From IMG/VR virus record IMGVR_UViG_3300028569_000012: a stretch of 62,769 bases of DNA. The stretch is one strand, 5' to 3'. This stretch comes from an uncultured virus (IMG/VR IMGVR_UViG_3300028569_000012). Taxonomy: Duplodnaviria; Heunggongvirae; Uroviricota; Caudoviricetes. Shown one piece after another: positions 8,724 through 17,969 of this stretch. Each line of letters opens with the position of its first letter. The stretch's first letter is position 1. Under the pieces are notes generated by a model. The model had not been told where the DNA came from, did not search any database, and saw nothing but the letters and a program-made list of their open reading frames with translations. The position numbers and the translations under genes are program-made.

Positions 8724-10490
8724 TTATCTTCTACTGTTGATCGACTTGAGAATTTCTTCAACGAACTCTCCCGTGGATTCTTTGTCTCCCATAATTGTTT
8801 CGAATATGTCTTTTTTCTTTCTTAGGATGTCATAGATAATCCCCTCGATGGTGTTATCAAAAATGGGGTAATAAACCAAAACATTATTTTTTTGTCCATA
8901 ACGATATGCCCGATCTTCTGATTGGGAGTGGTCTGACGGAAGGAATGATAAATCGTTCATCACCACCGCTTCGCCAGCGGTTAAGGTAATACCAGTTCCT
9001 GCCGCTTTTATATTTCCCACAAATACCCTGACACTATCATCATTTTGAAACTTATCTACAGACTCTTGTCTTTGACGTTGGTTCATCGATCCATCGAGCC
9101 TCACCGACTTCTTACCGAAATGTTCCAATATCATCTCCAATGATTTTGTGAAGTTGGTAAAGACAATTACCTTTTTTTCCTGTTCGATAATATTCTCACA
9201 AATTTCTATCGTTGATGATACCTTCTCCTGTGCGATACACTGACGTACCTGTGTCAACTTACTAAACTGAAGGGTCAAAGAGTTCCCGTCACCGCTTTTG
9301 TCGTACCAATCATAATAGTCACCCATCAACTCCTCATATACCCGTGAACGAAGTCTCAGATATACTGGTGTGATGATTTTATCGGGTAGGTCAAGGACAT
9401 TTTCTTTTAGTCTTCTAAGAACCAAGGGTTTTGTCCTATCACGTAGTTCTTCCAAATTGGAAGATCCACTGACATTCCATACTTTTCTTTTACCGGCTCT
9501 AAACTGAAATCCATTACAGTATCTTCTGACATAGGCCATCCAATTTACCGCAACGGGTGAATCAATTAAATTGAGAAGGTTGTAGTAATTGATAGGACGA
9601 CTTGTGATGGGGGTACCCGTGAGAAGCCATAGTCGATCCACTTTCAATGCAAAATCATTTATAAGTTTGGTTCTCTGTGCTTGTTTATTCTGTACATAGT
9701 GAGCTTCATCTATGACCACTAAGTCAAACTTAGAATTTAGAATAATTGAATCCTTTTTGTTTTTTTCATCGTGGAAGTTTTTTATAATGTCATAATTTAT
9801 AATTACAAAATCGGCATCTTCCCATTTTTTTCCTTCGATTATAGATGTTGATCTGTCTGTATAATTTTCTATTTCTCTTTGCCAGTTGATCTTTAAGGAT
9901 GCCGGACAAATAATCATTATTTTTTTTACTTTGGTCTCCAACGCCGCTATAATTGTGCTGGTTGTCTTGCCCAAACCCATGTCATCGGCTAAAATCATTT
10001 TTTTGTTTTCACAAAGTTTTTGAATTGCTTCCTTTTGATGATCAAGTGGAGGACGATGTGAATATGGTAAATAATCTATATCTACATTCTTTACGGTGTT
10101 ATCCTTGATTAGAGCTACCTTTGGTAACCATAAATCAGAACAAACTTCTTTTTCAAAAAATTTACCCCAAATATGGTATGATGTGTCTTTTTCTACCAAA
10201 AGTTTTTCAACGTAGATGTTTGTTGGTACTTTGGTAAATAATTTGTCATCAGCAATTTTTTGAGCAAAATATGGGTCTAAGTCAACCCATTTTTTTGCAA
10301 TTTTAGGAACTCTCGAATGAAAGTTCATAATGTATTCTGATTGAGATCGTGTAGGATAGAATTTTGGATTATCCAACATTTTTACTTTCAGACGCAAGAT
10401 ATAGTTATTAGCACCTTCATATTGTTCCAAAATATAAAGGGCCTTTCTTTCCAATACTCCGACATCGGTTATGTTATCAAGATTCTCCAA
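8724..10490 (-). CDS. SNF2-family helicase/translocase (SMARCAL1/HARP-like)
   Basis: LADDMGLGKT, CPASL..NW, DEAH, LTGTP, LRRLK, AAGTGITLT and QSEDRAYRYGQ; TTG start. Confidence 0.92.
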   Translation of the reverse strand: MENLDNITDVGVLERKALYILEQYEGANNYILRLKVKMLDNPKFYPTRSQSEYIMNFHSRVPKIAKKWVDLDPYFAQKIADDKLFTKVPTNIYVEKLLVEKDTSYHIWGKFFEKEVCSDLWLPKVALIKDNTVKNVDIDYLPYSHRPPLDHQKEAIQKLCENKKMILADDMGLGKTTSTIIAALETKVKKIMIICPASLKINWQREIENYTDRSTSIIEGKKWEDADFVIINYDIIKNFHDEKNKKDSIILNSKFDLVVIDEAHYVQNKQAQRTKLINDFALKVDRLWLLTGTPITSRPINYYNLLNLIDSPVAVNWMAYVRRYCNGFQFRAGKRKVWNVSGSSNLEELRDRTKPLVLRRLKENVLDLPDKIITPVYLRLRSRVYEELMGDYYDWYDKSGDGNSLTLQFSKLTQVRQCIAQEKVSSTIEICENIIEQEKKVIVFTNFTKSLEMILEHFGKKSVRLDGSMNQRQRQESVDKFQNDDSVRVFVGNIKAAGTGITLTAGEAVVMNDLSFLPSDHSQSEDRAYRYGQKNNVLVYYPIFDNTIEGIIYDILRKKKDIFETIMGDKESTGEFVEEILKSINSRR

Positions 10491-10517
10491 TACGTAAAAA
10501 GATAATGAACTTTGTAA

Positions 10518-10524
10518 TATTTAT
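10518..10524 (+). promoter_or_regulatory. TATTTAT putative late promoter motif
   Basis: 8 nt upstream of ATG 10533. Confidence 0.5.
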
Positions 10525-10532
10525 CAAGTAAT

Positions 10533-11048
10533 ATGGCACAGAGACAAGTTCCTATAACAAGATTGGGTAAATTCTTCGGTGGTGAAGATTTTGATTTGGA
10601 TATTAACATGGGTCGTGAATGGCTCGAGGGTGATATGAACTTTCAAGTGGTTTTGTATAAGGTCGATAGAACTAAGACCGTCAATGATGACGTTTATGGT
10701 GAAGCAGTAAAAGACGGTATTCAATTCTTAGCACCTGTTTCGATAAATGTTTACTTGAAAATTGAAGAAGCAACGGAACAATTTTTAGGTAATTCTAAAA
10801 TTATTCAAAATGAACCTGGTCTATTAAAATTCAGTGTTTATAAAAAAGAATTGGAAGATCTTGAAATTAATATTGAGGTTGGTGATTATATTGGTTACTG
10901 GATAACTGAAAACCAAGTTAGATATTATTCAATTGTTGATGCTGGTATCCCTGATTGGGATAATAAACATACCTACGGTGGTTATAAGGGATTCTATTTC
11001 TCCTACACAGCAACACCTGTTAGTGATAATGAATTTAGAGGATTGTAA
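10533..11048 (+). CDS. Putative head closure/neck protein (gp14-like)
   Basis: DDVYGE and IEVGDYI patterns; size and position before the tail terminator and sheath. Confidence 0.55.
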   Translation: MAQRQVPITRLGKFFGGEDFDLDINMGREWLEGDMNFQVVLYKVDRTKTVNDDVYGEAVKDGIQFLAPVSINVYLKIEEATEQFLGNSKIIQNEPGLLKFSVYKKELEDLEINIEVGDYIGYWITENQVRYYSIVDAGIPDWDNKHTYGGYKGFYFSYTATPVSDNEFRGL

Positions 11049-12091
11049 TGGCTCTTCCACGTAAACAGGTTATACCCGATATAAATCTTACCCCTGAAAA
11101 AATTCTTTTCCAAAGAAGAGAAGAGTTATTAAGTTTTATAACCGAGGATGGAACTTTTCTTCCAAAATCATTGTTACATGCGGATTTGGATCGTGGTTTT
11201 TTGGATTTTGTAAAAGAAGATTTGGAAACTATTGTAGAAGGTAAAATAATTCAACCTGTTGATATTATTATCACAACACAAAATTGGTCTCAATTTACTC
11301 AGACTTGGGATTTCCAAGATTTGAACGGTAATCCTGAGTTACCATTTATTACAACCGTCAGAAATCCTGATGTGAAATATGGTACTAATCCAGCTATTAT
11401 TTATAATATACCTAACAGGAAAGAATACTTTTACTCCGCGGTTCCAACTTGGAACGGAAATATAAAAGGAATCGACATCTACAAGATCCCACAACCTGTT
11501 CCTATTGATATTACATACAACGTAAAAATATTAAGTAATAGAATGAGAGAGTTGAATGAGTTCAACAAAAATGTTATACAAACTTTTGCGTCAAGACAAG
11601 CCTATAGAAAAATAAACGGACACTATATTCCGATTATTATGAACAACATTTCCGATGAGTCTGTAATGGATATAAATCGGAGAAGATTTTACATTCAAAA
11701 TTACGAGTTTACTATGTTGGCATTTTTGTTGGATGAAGATGAGTTTGAAGTGGCTCCCGCAGTATCCCGTATATTTAATTCTTTCGAAGTAAATTTAACT
11801 CAAAAAAAATCAAGACGAAACCAATTTCCCGAAAATCCCGATGAAATCCAAAAAAATATTTTTTTCCCAAGTGGAGTAACAACATCTTCTTTAGTAGTAG
11901 ATTATACTGGTGATTTTTTCTTGGTGGGAAATGACAATGTTACAACTTGGGATGTGTTTATTAATGAGAATTTTTATGGTACTGATGTCAATTTCATTCA
12001 AGTAAATACAAATGATATATTACGAATCGATATAGAATCCACAATTCCAAATTTACAATCTGTCTTAGAATACGGAATCAAGTTATTATGA
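11048..12091 (+). CDS. Putative tail terminator/sheath stabiliser (gp15-like)
   Basis: LPFITTVR, PQPVPIDITYNVKI and NYEFTMLAFL resemble the gp15 family; TAATG coupling to the upstream gene. Confidence 0.6.
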   Translation: MALPRKQVIPDINLTPEKILFQRREELLSFITEDGTFLPKSLLHADLDRGFLDFVKEDLETIVEGKIIQPVDIIITTQNWSQFTQTWDFQDLNGNPELPFITTVRNPDVKYGTNPAIIYNIPNRKEYFYSAVPTWNGNIKGIDIYKIPQPVPIDITYNVKILSNRMRELNEFNKNVIQTFASRQAYRKINGHYIPIIMNNISDESVMDINRRRFYIQNYEFTMLAFLLDEDEFEVAPAVSRIFNSFEVNLTQKKSRRNQFPENPDEIQKNIFFPSGVTTSSLVVDYTGDFFLVGNDNVTTWDVFINENFYGTDVNFIQVNTNDILRIDIESTIPNLQSVLEYGIKLL

Positions 12092-12241
12092 TTCTCCGTA
12101 TATATCTTTTTTGTCCTTACAATTTTCTAATATAAGTGTTTCTAAGAACCGGTACATTTTTACACCATTCTTGTCACAATAGTTTTTTAAGACTTGGTGT
12201 GACTCGATCGATATCTTCAAATTCTTTATTTTTTTGTCCAT
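12086..12241 (-). CDS. Small ribbon-helix-helix-like DNA-binding protein
   Basis: MDKKIKNLKISIESHQVLKNYCDKNGVKMYRFLETLI has a beta-strand plus two-helix pattern; alternative start at 12274. Confidence 0.55.
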   Translation of the reverse strand: MDKKIKNLKISIESHQVLKNYCDKNGVKMYRFLETLILENCKDKKDIYGES

Positions 12242-12276
12242 AGGTAGAAAAAAGGCAGAATAAAATCTGCCCATTT

Positions 12277-12327
12277 TATAAATAGATTAAGCAAAGTAAA
12301 GTTTTTGTTTTATCTGCAGATATTTAT
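12277..12327. promoter_or_regulatory. Divergent pair of TATTTAT(A) motifs
   Basis: Minus-strand TATTTATA at 12277-12284 faces the RHH gene; plus-strand TATTTAT at 12321-12327 faces the sheath gene. Confidence 0.55.
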
Positions 12328-12361
12328 GTAATAAAATAAAGTTTTTTGAACATATAATAAA

Positions 12362-15300
12362 ATGGCAGTATCAAATAAAATATTCGTTTCTCCAGGTGTA
12401 TACACCTCAGAGAGAGACCTAAGTTTCGTTTCTCAGAGTGTTGGTGTAACAACCTTGGGATTAGTTGGTGAAACAATTACAGGACCAGCTTTCGAACCTA
12501 TTTTCATCACTAATTATGATGAATTCGAGGCATTTTTCGGAGGGACATTACCCGAGAAATTTGTTAATACACAAATTCCAAAATATGAATTAGCATATAT
12601 TGCTAAATCTTATTTGCAACAATCAAACCAATTATTTGTAACACGGGTTTTGGGTTTATCAGGTTATGACGCGGGTCCTTCTTGGTCTATCACAACAATT
12701 GCTAACGTTGATGGTTCAACCGTTGGTTTCTCAAGTGCCCCTATTGCTTGGTCAGTGAATTTTTCGGCTTGTACTGGTGACACCTCAGTTTCATTCTTAA
12801 CTTCATTCCCATCAATTATTAATAATAATTTGAATTTACCATACACACAATTGAATGGTTCACAAACTACCCTGTCTGATGACATAAATGATCAGTTGTT
12901 GGAATTAATTGCTAACGGAGGTCTTGATTCAGGGTCTACTATTTCATACTTCGGAACAATTACGGATGCTGCTTACACTTCACTATCACCTGTTTATACA
13001 GCTGAAACAAATGTGTTTCAGGTATCGGGACTTTCTCAAAGTAATGCTGACTATACTTCACCTAATAACGATGCTTGGTATTATTCTAACTTTGACATAT
13101 CTACAGGTAACAATTACACCGGATATTCTTTCTATAGTATAGTAAGTGCACTTGATGATTTAGGAAGTGGTTGTTACTCAGGAACCGTATCAGGTTTTAT
13201 ATACACTTATTCAGGAACAGCATTCAATGACTATAACAACTTGGTTGTAGCAACTTTACGTTCGAGAGGTATTTCATTGTACGGTGGAGCTAACTCAGGA
13301 CCGATTTACACTGTATCGGGACTTACAGATGTCATTATCGATAATAGTGGTATCTATTCAGGTATTAGTACAAGTCCTTACGCAACATTCAATATTTCGG
13401 GTGTAACTACAGATGGTACTGACTTTGCTTTTACCACTTCTATGAATAGTTCGGATCAGAATTACATTACAAAGGTCTTTGGCGGTACAAACTTTGGAAA
13501 ACCGAGAAATGAGGTACCTTTGTTTGTTGAAGAAACATTCCAAAACATGTTGAACCTCGGTTACAATAAAGGGTTAATTAGGGGACTAAACGCTTCCTTG
13601 ATATCACTACCCGGTCTGAGATATTCTCCTAATACAGACACAATTGCATATTACTTAGATAAATACCAAAGTGCTGAGTCACCTTGGGTTGTTTCTGAAC
13701 TTCGTGGTACTTCAGTTGATAAACTATTTAGAATTATTTCTATTGCTGATGGTGACACCGCAAACACACAGGTTAAAATTTCAATTCAAAATATTTCATT
13801 CAATAATGGAACATTTGACTTAGGGGTAAGAAGTTTCTTCGATACCGACTCTAATCCTGTCTACTTAGAAAAGTATGTAGGTTGTAGTATGGATCCAGGT
13901 AATAATAGTTATGTTGGTGTACAAATTGGTACATCTGACGGTGAATACGCATTGAATTCCAAATATATTATGTTGGAACTAAACGTAACAGCACCGATTG
14001 ATTCACTCCCGTGTGGTTTTGAAGGGTATGTTATCCGTGATTATGGAAATGCTCAACCCCCTTATCCAGTATATAAAACTTCGTATGACTTTCCTGGAGA
14101 GGTTATCGGTAATCCACCTTTTAATATTCCTGCTGGTCCTAACCCAATTATTTCCCCAGGAGATAATGTGAGACGTACCTTCTTAGGTATATCTTCACAA
14201 ATTGGTTATGACCCCGATTTCTATTTATACAAAGGAAAACAAGTTCCTAACAATTTGTGTATAGAGACCGATCCACTTCGTTGGAACTATATAACTAAAG
14301 GATTCCATATGGACTCAGGAGCTACAGTCGTGACTATTACTACGGGACCGACTGCTGGAACACCAGCATTCGATTGTGGTGATGCTTCCTTCCAATCAGA
14401 TCCTACCAATCCTACTAACCCATACTACACCATTCAAGCAAGAAAGTACTCGTTCCTTCTTCAAGGTGGTTTTGATGGATGGGATATCTATCGTGAAAAT
14501 AGAACAAATGACGACCGATACGTAATTGGTGGAAGTTTGTGGCAGAAAGGAGCTTGTCCAACAACTCGTTACCCACTTGCAACAGGATGGGGAGCGTTCA
14601 AAACAACCACTCAAGAAGGGTTCGCTGAATTCTCTAACACTGATTATTACGCATACTATTTGGGTATCGCAACATTCCAAAATCCTGAAGCGGTAAACAT
14701 CAACGTTTTTGCTACTCCTGGTATTGATTACATCAACAATAGTAATTTGGTTGAAGAAGCTGTTGATATGATTACATTCCAAAGGGCAGACGCGATCTAC
14801 ATCGTAACAACACCTGATAGTAATTTGTATCTTCCAACACAGACAGATAATATCGTACCACCAACAACAGCTGTTGATAGACTCGATCAAATCGGTTTGG
14901 ATTCAAACTATACGGCAACTTACTATCCTTGGATTTTAGTTAGAGATACTGTCAATAACACTCAAATCTATATTCCCCCCACCAATGAGGTCTGTAGAAA
15001 CCTGGCTCTCACGGACAATATTTCCTTCCCTTGGTTCGCAGCTGCGGGTTACACACGTGGTTTGGTAAACGCTGTAAAGGCTCGTATCAAACTAACACAA
15101 GACCAAAGAGACACCCTTTATCAGGGTCGTATCAACCCGATCGCTACGTTCTCTGATGTCGGTACTGTTATCTTCGGTAACAAGACTCTACAGATTGCCG
15201 ATACGGCACTCAATAGAATAAATGTAAGAAGATTATTACTACAAGCACGTAAGTTGATCTCTGCGGTGGCTGTCAGATTGTTGTTCGAACAAAATGACGC

Positions 15301-15523
15301 TAAGGTTCGTCAGGATTTCCTTGACTCGGTCAATCCGATCCTTGATGGAATCAGAAGAGACCGTGGTCTTTATGACTTCCGTGTGACGGTCAGTAGCTCC
15401 CCTGAAGATTTGGATAGAAATACCATGTCAGGAAAGATCTACCTAAAACCAACAAGAGCTCTTGAATTCATCGATATCGAATTCTTGATTACTCCGACGG
15501 GTGCATCTTTTGAGAATATCTAA
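12362..15523 (+). CDS. Contractile tail sheath protein (gp18-like), enlarged
   Basis: FVSPGVYTSERDLS, GPAFEP, YTATYYPW, PWFAAAGYTRG, LYQGRINPI, LNRINVRRLL and KPTRALEFI. Confidence 0.95.
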   Translation: MAVSNKIFVSPGVYTSERDLSFVSQSVGVTTLGLVGETITGPAFEPIFITNYDEFEAFFGGTLPEKFVNTQIPKYELAYIAKSYLQQSNQLFVTRVLGLSGYDAGPSWSITTIANVDGSTVGFSSAPIAWSVNFSACTGDTSVSFLTSFPSIINNNLNLPYTQLNGSQTTLSDDINDQLLELIANGGLDSGSTISYFGTITDAAYTSLSPVYTAETNVFQVSGLSQSNADYTSPNNDAWYYSNFDISTGNNYTGYSFYSIVSALDDLGSGCYSGTVSGFIYTYSGTAFNDYNNLVVATLRSRGISLYGGANSGPIYTVSGLTDVIIDNSGIYSGISTSPYATFNISGVTTDGTDFAFTTSMNSSDQNYITKVFGGTNFGKPRNEVPLFVEETFQNMLNLGYNKGLIRGLNASLISLPGLRYSPNTDTIAYYLDKYQSAESPWVVSELRGTSVDKLFRIISIADGDTANTQVKISIQNISFNNGTFDLGVRSFFDTDSNPVYLEKYVGCSMDPGNNSYVGVQIGTSDGEYALNSKYIMLELNVTAPIDSLPCGFEGYVIRDYGNAQPPYPVYKTSYDFPGEVIGNPPFNIPAGPNPIISPGDNVRRTFLGISSQIGYDPDFYLYKGKQVPNNLCIETDPLRWNYITKGFHMDSGATVVTITTGPTAGTPAFDCGDASFQSDPTNPTNPYYTIQARKYSFLLQGGFDGWDIYRENRTNDDRYVIGGSLWQKGACPTTRYPLATGWGAFKTTTQEGFAEFSNTDYYAYYLGIATFQNPEAVNINVFATPGIDYINNSNLVEEAVDMITFQRADAIYIVTTPDSNLYLPTQTDNIVPPTTAVDRLDQIGLDSNYTATYYPWILVRDTVNNTQIYIPPTNEVCRNLALTDNISFPWFAAAGYTRGLVNAVKARIKLTQDQRDTLYQGRINPIATFSDVGTVIFGNKTLQIADTALNRINVRRLLLQARKLISAVAVRLLFEQNDAKVRQDFLDSVNPILDGIRRDRGLYDFRVTVSSSPEDLDRNTMSGKIYLKPTRALEFIDIEFLITPTGASFENI

Positions 15524-15531
15524 TAACAAAA

Positions 15532-15559
15532 AAAGTTGGGGGTCAGTGACCCCCACTTT
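15532..15559 (+). terminator. Hairpin after the sheath gene
   Basis: GGGGGTC-AGT-GACCCCC flanked by AAAGT/ACTTT; short T tail. Confidence 0.6.
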
Positions 15560-15574
15560 AGCCTTAAAGAGTTT

Positions 15575-16390
15575 ATGAGAAATAAAGTAGTTACGGAAGG
15601 ATTTGATGATTTGGGGATGCCAACTCTAAAATACTACGCTTTTGATTGGGACGACAATTTGATGTTCATGCCCACTAAGATTATCGTAGAGAGCTCCGAT
15701 GGTGATGAGGTAGGAATGTCCACTGAGGATTTTGCTACTTACAGGTCTATGATTGGTAAAGAACCTTTCGATTATAAGGGAAAGTCTATTGTAGGATTTT
15801 CTTCCGATCCTTTCAGAAATTTTGGAACAAAGGGTGACAAAAAGTTTTTATTGGATTCTATGAAGGCGAAGGCGGGTCCCGCTTGGGCTGACTTTGTTGA
15901 AGCGGTCAATAACGGATCCATTTTTTCTATCATTACGGCAAGGGGTCATAATCCTGGCACTCTGAAAGAGGCTGTCTATAATATGATTGTATCTAACCAT
16001 ATGGGTCTGAACAAAGACTTGTTGATTAAGAATCTTGTTAAATTCCGTGATTTCGCTGATGGTGAAAAGGTTGGGAAACAGGATCTTATCCGTGAATATA
16101 TGGACCTTCTAAAATTTTACCCCGTCACTTATGGACAGGAGGATAGTGCGTCATCTCCTGAAGAGTTAAAGGTAGTCGCTATGAAAGATTTCATAAGTTA
16201 TGTAAAGGAACAATCAGCAAAACTAGGAACTAAAGTATTTCTTAAGAATGGCATAAAGAACAAATTCATACCTCAGATAGGATTTTCAGATGATGATATA
16301 AAAAATGTTAAAGTAATGAAGAAGGAATTTGAAGATGAACCATCTCTTAAGACTTATTCTACTGCTGGAGGAATAAAGACTAGATATTAA
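15575..16390 (+). CDS. HAD-superfamily phosphatase-like protein
   Basis: Motif I FDWDDNL, motif II IITARGH, a Lys in PEELK, and motif IV GFSDDD. ATG 15575 chosen because TTG 15536 lies within the hairpin. Confidence 0.7.
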   Translation: MRNKVVTEGFDDLGMPTLKYYAFDWDDNLMFMPTKIIVESSDGDEVGMSTEDFATYRSMIGKEPFDYKGKSIVGFSSDPFRNFGTKGDKKFLLDSMKAKAGPAWADFVEAVNNGSIFSIITARGHNPGTLKEAVYNMIVSNHMGLNKDLLIKNLVKFRDFADGEKVGKQDLIREYMDLLKFYPVTYGQEDSASSPEELKVVAMKDFISYVKEQSAKLGTKVFLKNGIKNKFIPQIGFSDDDIKNVKVMKKEFEDEPSLKTYSTAGGIKTRY

Positions 16391-16443
16391 TGACAATAAA
16401 GTTTTCGAAAATAAAGTAAACACAAAAATTTTATGTTAGGAAG

Positions 16444-16451
16444 TATTTATA
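16444..16451 (+). promoter_or_regulatory. TATTTATA putative late promoter motif
   Basis: Upstream of the tail tube ATG 16489, followed by an A-rich leader. Confidence 0.6.
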
Positions 16452-16488
16452 TAAAACAAATAAAAAAAGAAAAAACAAATAATACACA

Positions 16489-16977
16489 ATGGCAGACTTA
16501 TTAATGAAAATGCCGGTTCCTTACGAACCAAAAAGAACGAACCGGTTTATCCTTCGTTTCGATTCTACATTGGGGATCAATGAATGGTTTGTTGAATCAA
16601 CAGGTCGTCCAAGTATTGATATTAACCCAGTCGAGATCCCATTCCTAAACACCTCCACTTTTGTTGCTGGTAGGTTTAAGTGGGGTGCAATAAACGTGAA
16701 ATTCCGTGACCCGATCGGTCCATCAGCTACTCAAGCTCTTATGGAATGGGTACGTCTTCACGCTGAATCTGTAACAGGTCGTATGGGATATGCAGCAGGT
16801 TACAAGAAAAATGTCGACTTAGAGATGTTGGATCCTACGGGTGTTGTTGTTGAAAAATGGATTTTAGAAGGAACCATGATTACAAAGACATCTTGGTCTG
16901 ATGCTAACTACGGTACCGATACATTGGCAACACTCGATGCCACACTGCAGATGGATCGTTGTATTTTGGTTTACTAA
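16489..16977 (+). CDS. Tail tube protein (gp19-like)
   Basis: EPKRTNRF, IPFLN..FVAGR..W, EWVRL, YKKNV.LEMLDPTG.VVEKW; 162 aa, close behind the sheath gene. Confidence 0.9.
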   Translation: MADLLMKMPVPYEPKRTNRFILRFDSTLGINEWFVESTGRPSIDINPVEIPFLNTSTFVAGRFKWGAINVKFRDPIGPSATQALMEWVRLHAESVTGRMGYAAGYKKNVDLEMLDPTGVVVEKWILEGTMITKTSWSDANYGTDTLATLDATLQMDRCILVY

Positions 16978-17024
16978 AAAGTATTTACTATTTTATTGAT
17001 AAATAAAATTATAATGGTATAATT

Positions 17025-17053
17025 AAAACAGGGACTAATCCCTGTTTTTTTTT
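17025..17053 (+). terminator. Rho-independent terminator after the tube gene
   Basis: AAAACAGGGA-CTAA-TCCCTGTTTT plus a T run that ends directly at ATG 17054. Confidence 0.8.
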
Positions 17054-17800
17054 ATGGATAATACTGCGATTTACGGACAACAAGATTTTTCTCTTCCTCA
17101 CGACATTGTAAAACTCCCTTCTGAGGGTAAGTTTTATAAGTCAAAGAAAAAATCTATTAAGGTGGGATACCTCACCGCCGCTGATGAGAATGTAATTATG
17201 TCTTCAAGTGTTGAGGATATGGTTATGACTTTGATTAGAAGTAAGGTGTATGAACCTGATCTAAGACCCGACGATATGCTCAACGGAGACATCGAAGCTA
17301 TTTTAATGTTTCTTAGAAATACGGCTTTCGGTCCTGAATATAAACTTCAGGTGATTGACCCTCAGACGGGGAAAAAATTTCCTTCAACACTTATGCTCGA
17401 CGAACTGAACTTTAAAAAGGGAGAAGTCGAACCTGACGAGAATGGATTATTTAGGACAACATTACCAAAAACTGGTACTATGGTTGATATTCGTCCGTTG
17501 ACCTATAAAGAACAAATCGATATAAACAAACAAGCTGAGTCATATCCTGCTGGCAGGGTCGCCCCGAAGGTCACATGGAAACTAATGAAACAAATTGTAT
17601 CGGTAAATGGTGATACCGAACTTGGGACTATTTCGAAATTTGTTGAGTCCCTACCTATTATGGATTCAAAATATATCAGAAACTTCTTGGATGCTAACGA
17701 ACCCCGTGTGGATCTTCAAAGAAGTGTTATCGCCCCGTCAGGAGAAAAGGTAGATGTGAACATCACCTTCGGGGTAGAGTTTTTTCGGGTTTTCTTCTGA
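17054..17800 (+). CDS. Baseplate hub/tail assembly chaperone (T4 gp26-like)
   Basis: VKLPSEGKFY, YLTAADE, GDIEAILMFLRNTAFGPEY and a C-terminal GVEFF; lies between tube and tape measure. Confidence 0.7.
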   Translation: MDNTAIYGQQDFSLPHDIVKLPSEGKFYKSKKKSIKVGYLTAADENVIMSSSVEDMVMTLIRSKVYEPDLRPDDMLNGDIEAILMFLRNTAFGPEYKLQVIDPQTGKKFPSTLMLDELNFKKGEVEPDENGLFRTTLPKTGTMVDIRPLTYKEQIDINKQAESYPAGRVAPKVTWKLMKQIVSVNGDTELGTISKFVESLPIMDSKYIRNFLDANEPRVDLQRSVIAPSGEKVDVNITFGVEFFRVFF

Positions 17801-17939
17801 TTACCAAAGATACTTGCTTGACGAGTTTTACATATTGGCAAAACATTTGAACTTCACGTGGAGGGACTATAATACAATTCCAACTTATTCGAGAAGGTAT
17901 TTGGTAGATAAAATTGTTGCGAGTTTCCAAAAAGATTAA
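17784..17939 (+). CDS. Start-less 51-codon ORF in the +1 frame; probable frameshift extension of the chaperone (gpGT/gp51-like)
   Basis: Translates FGFSSDYQRYLLDEFYILAKHLNFTWRDYNTIPTYSRRYLVDKIVASFQKD*. It has no ATG, overlaps TTT TTT CGG at 17780-17788, and fills the gap to the tape measure gene. Confidence 0.65.
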   Translation, partial: FGFSSDYQRYLLDEFYILAKHLNFTWRDYNTIPTYSRRYLVDKIVASFQKD

Positions 17940-17945
17940 TTATCC

Positions 17946-17953
17946 TATTTATA
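17946..17953 (+). promoter_or_regulatory. TATTTATA putative late promoter motif
   Basis: 16 nt upstream of ATG 17970. Confidence 0.55.
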
Positions 17954-17969
17954 AGTAGGATATTTTTAT

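Noticed and set aside
15536..15574. TTG start for the HAD gene as given in the ORF track
   Set aside because: It lies inside the post-sheath hairpin; ATG 15575 is more plausible.
17782..17850. Canonical -1 frameshift in the chaperone gene
   Set aside because: The -1 frame hits TGA after about 22 codons; the gap-filling, protein-like ORF is in the +1/-2 frame.
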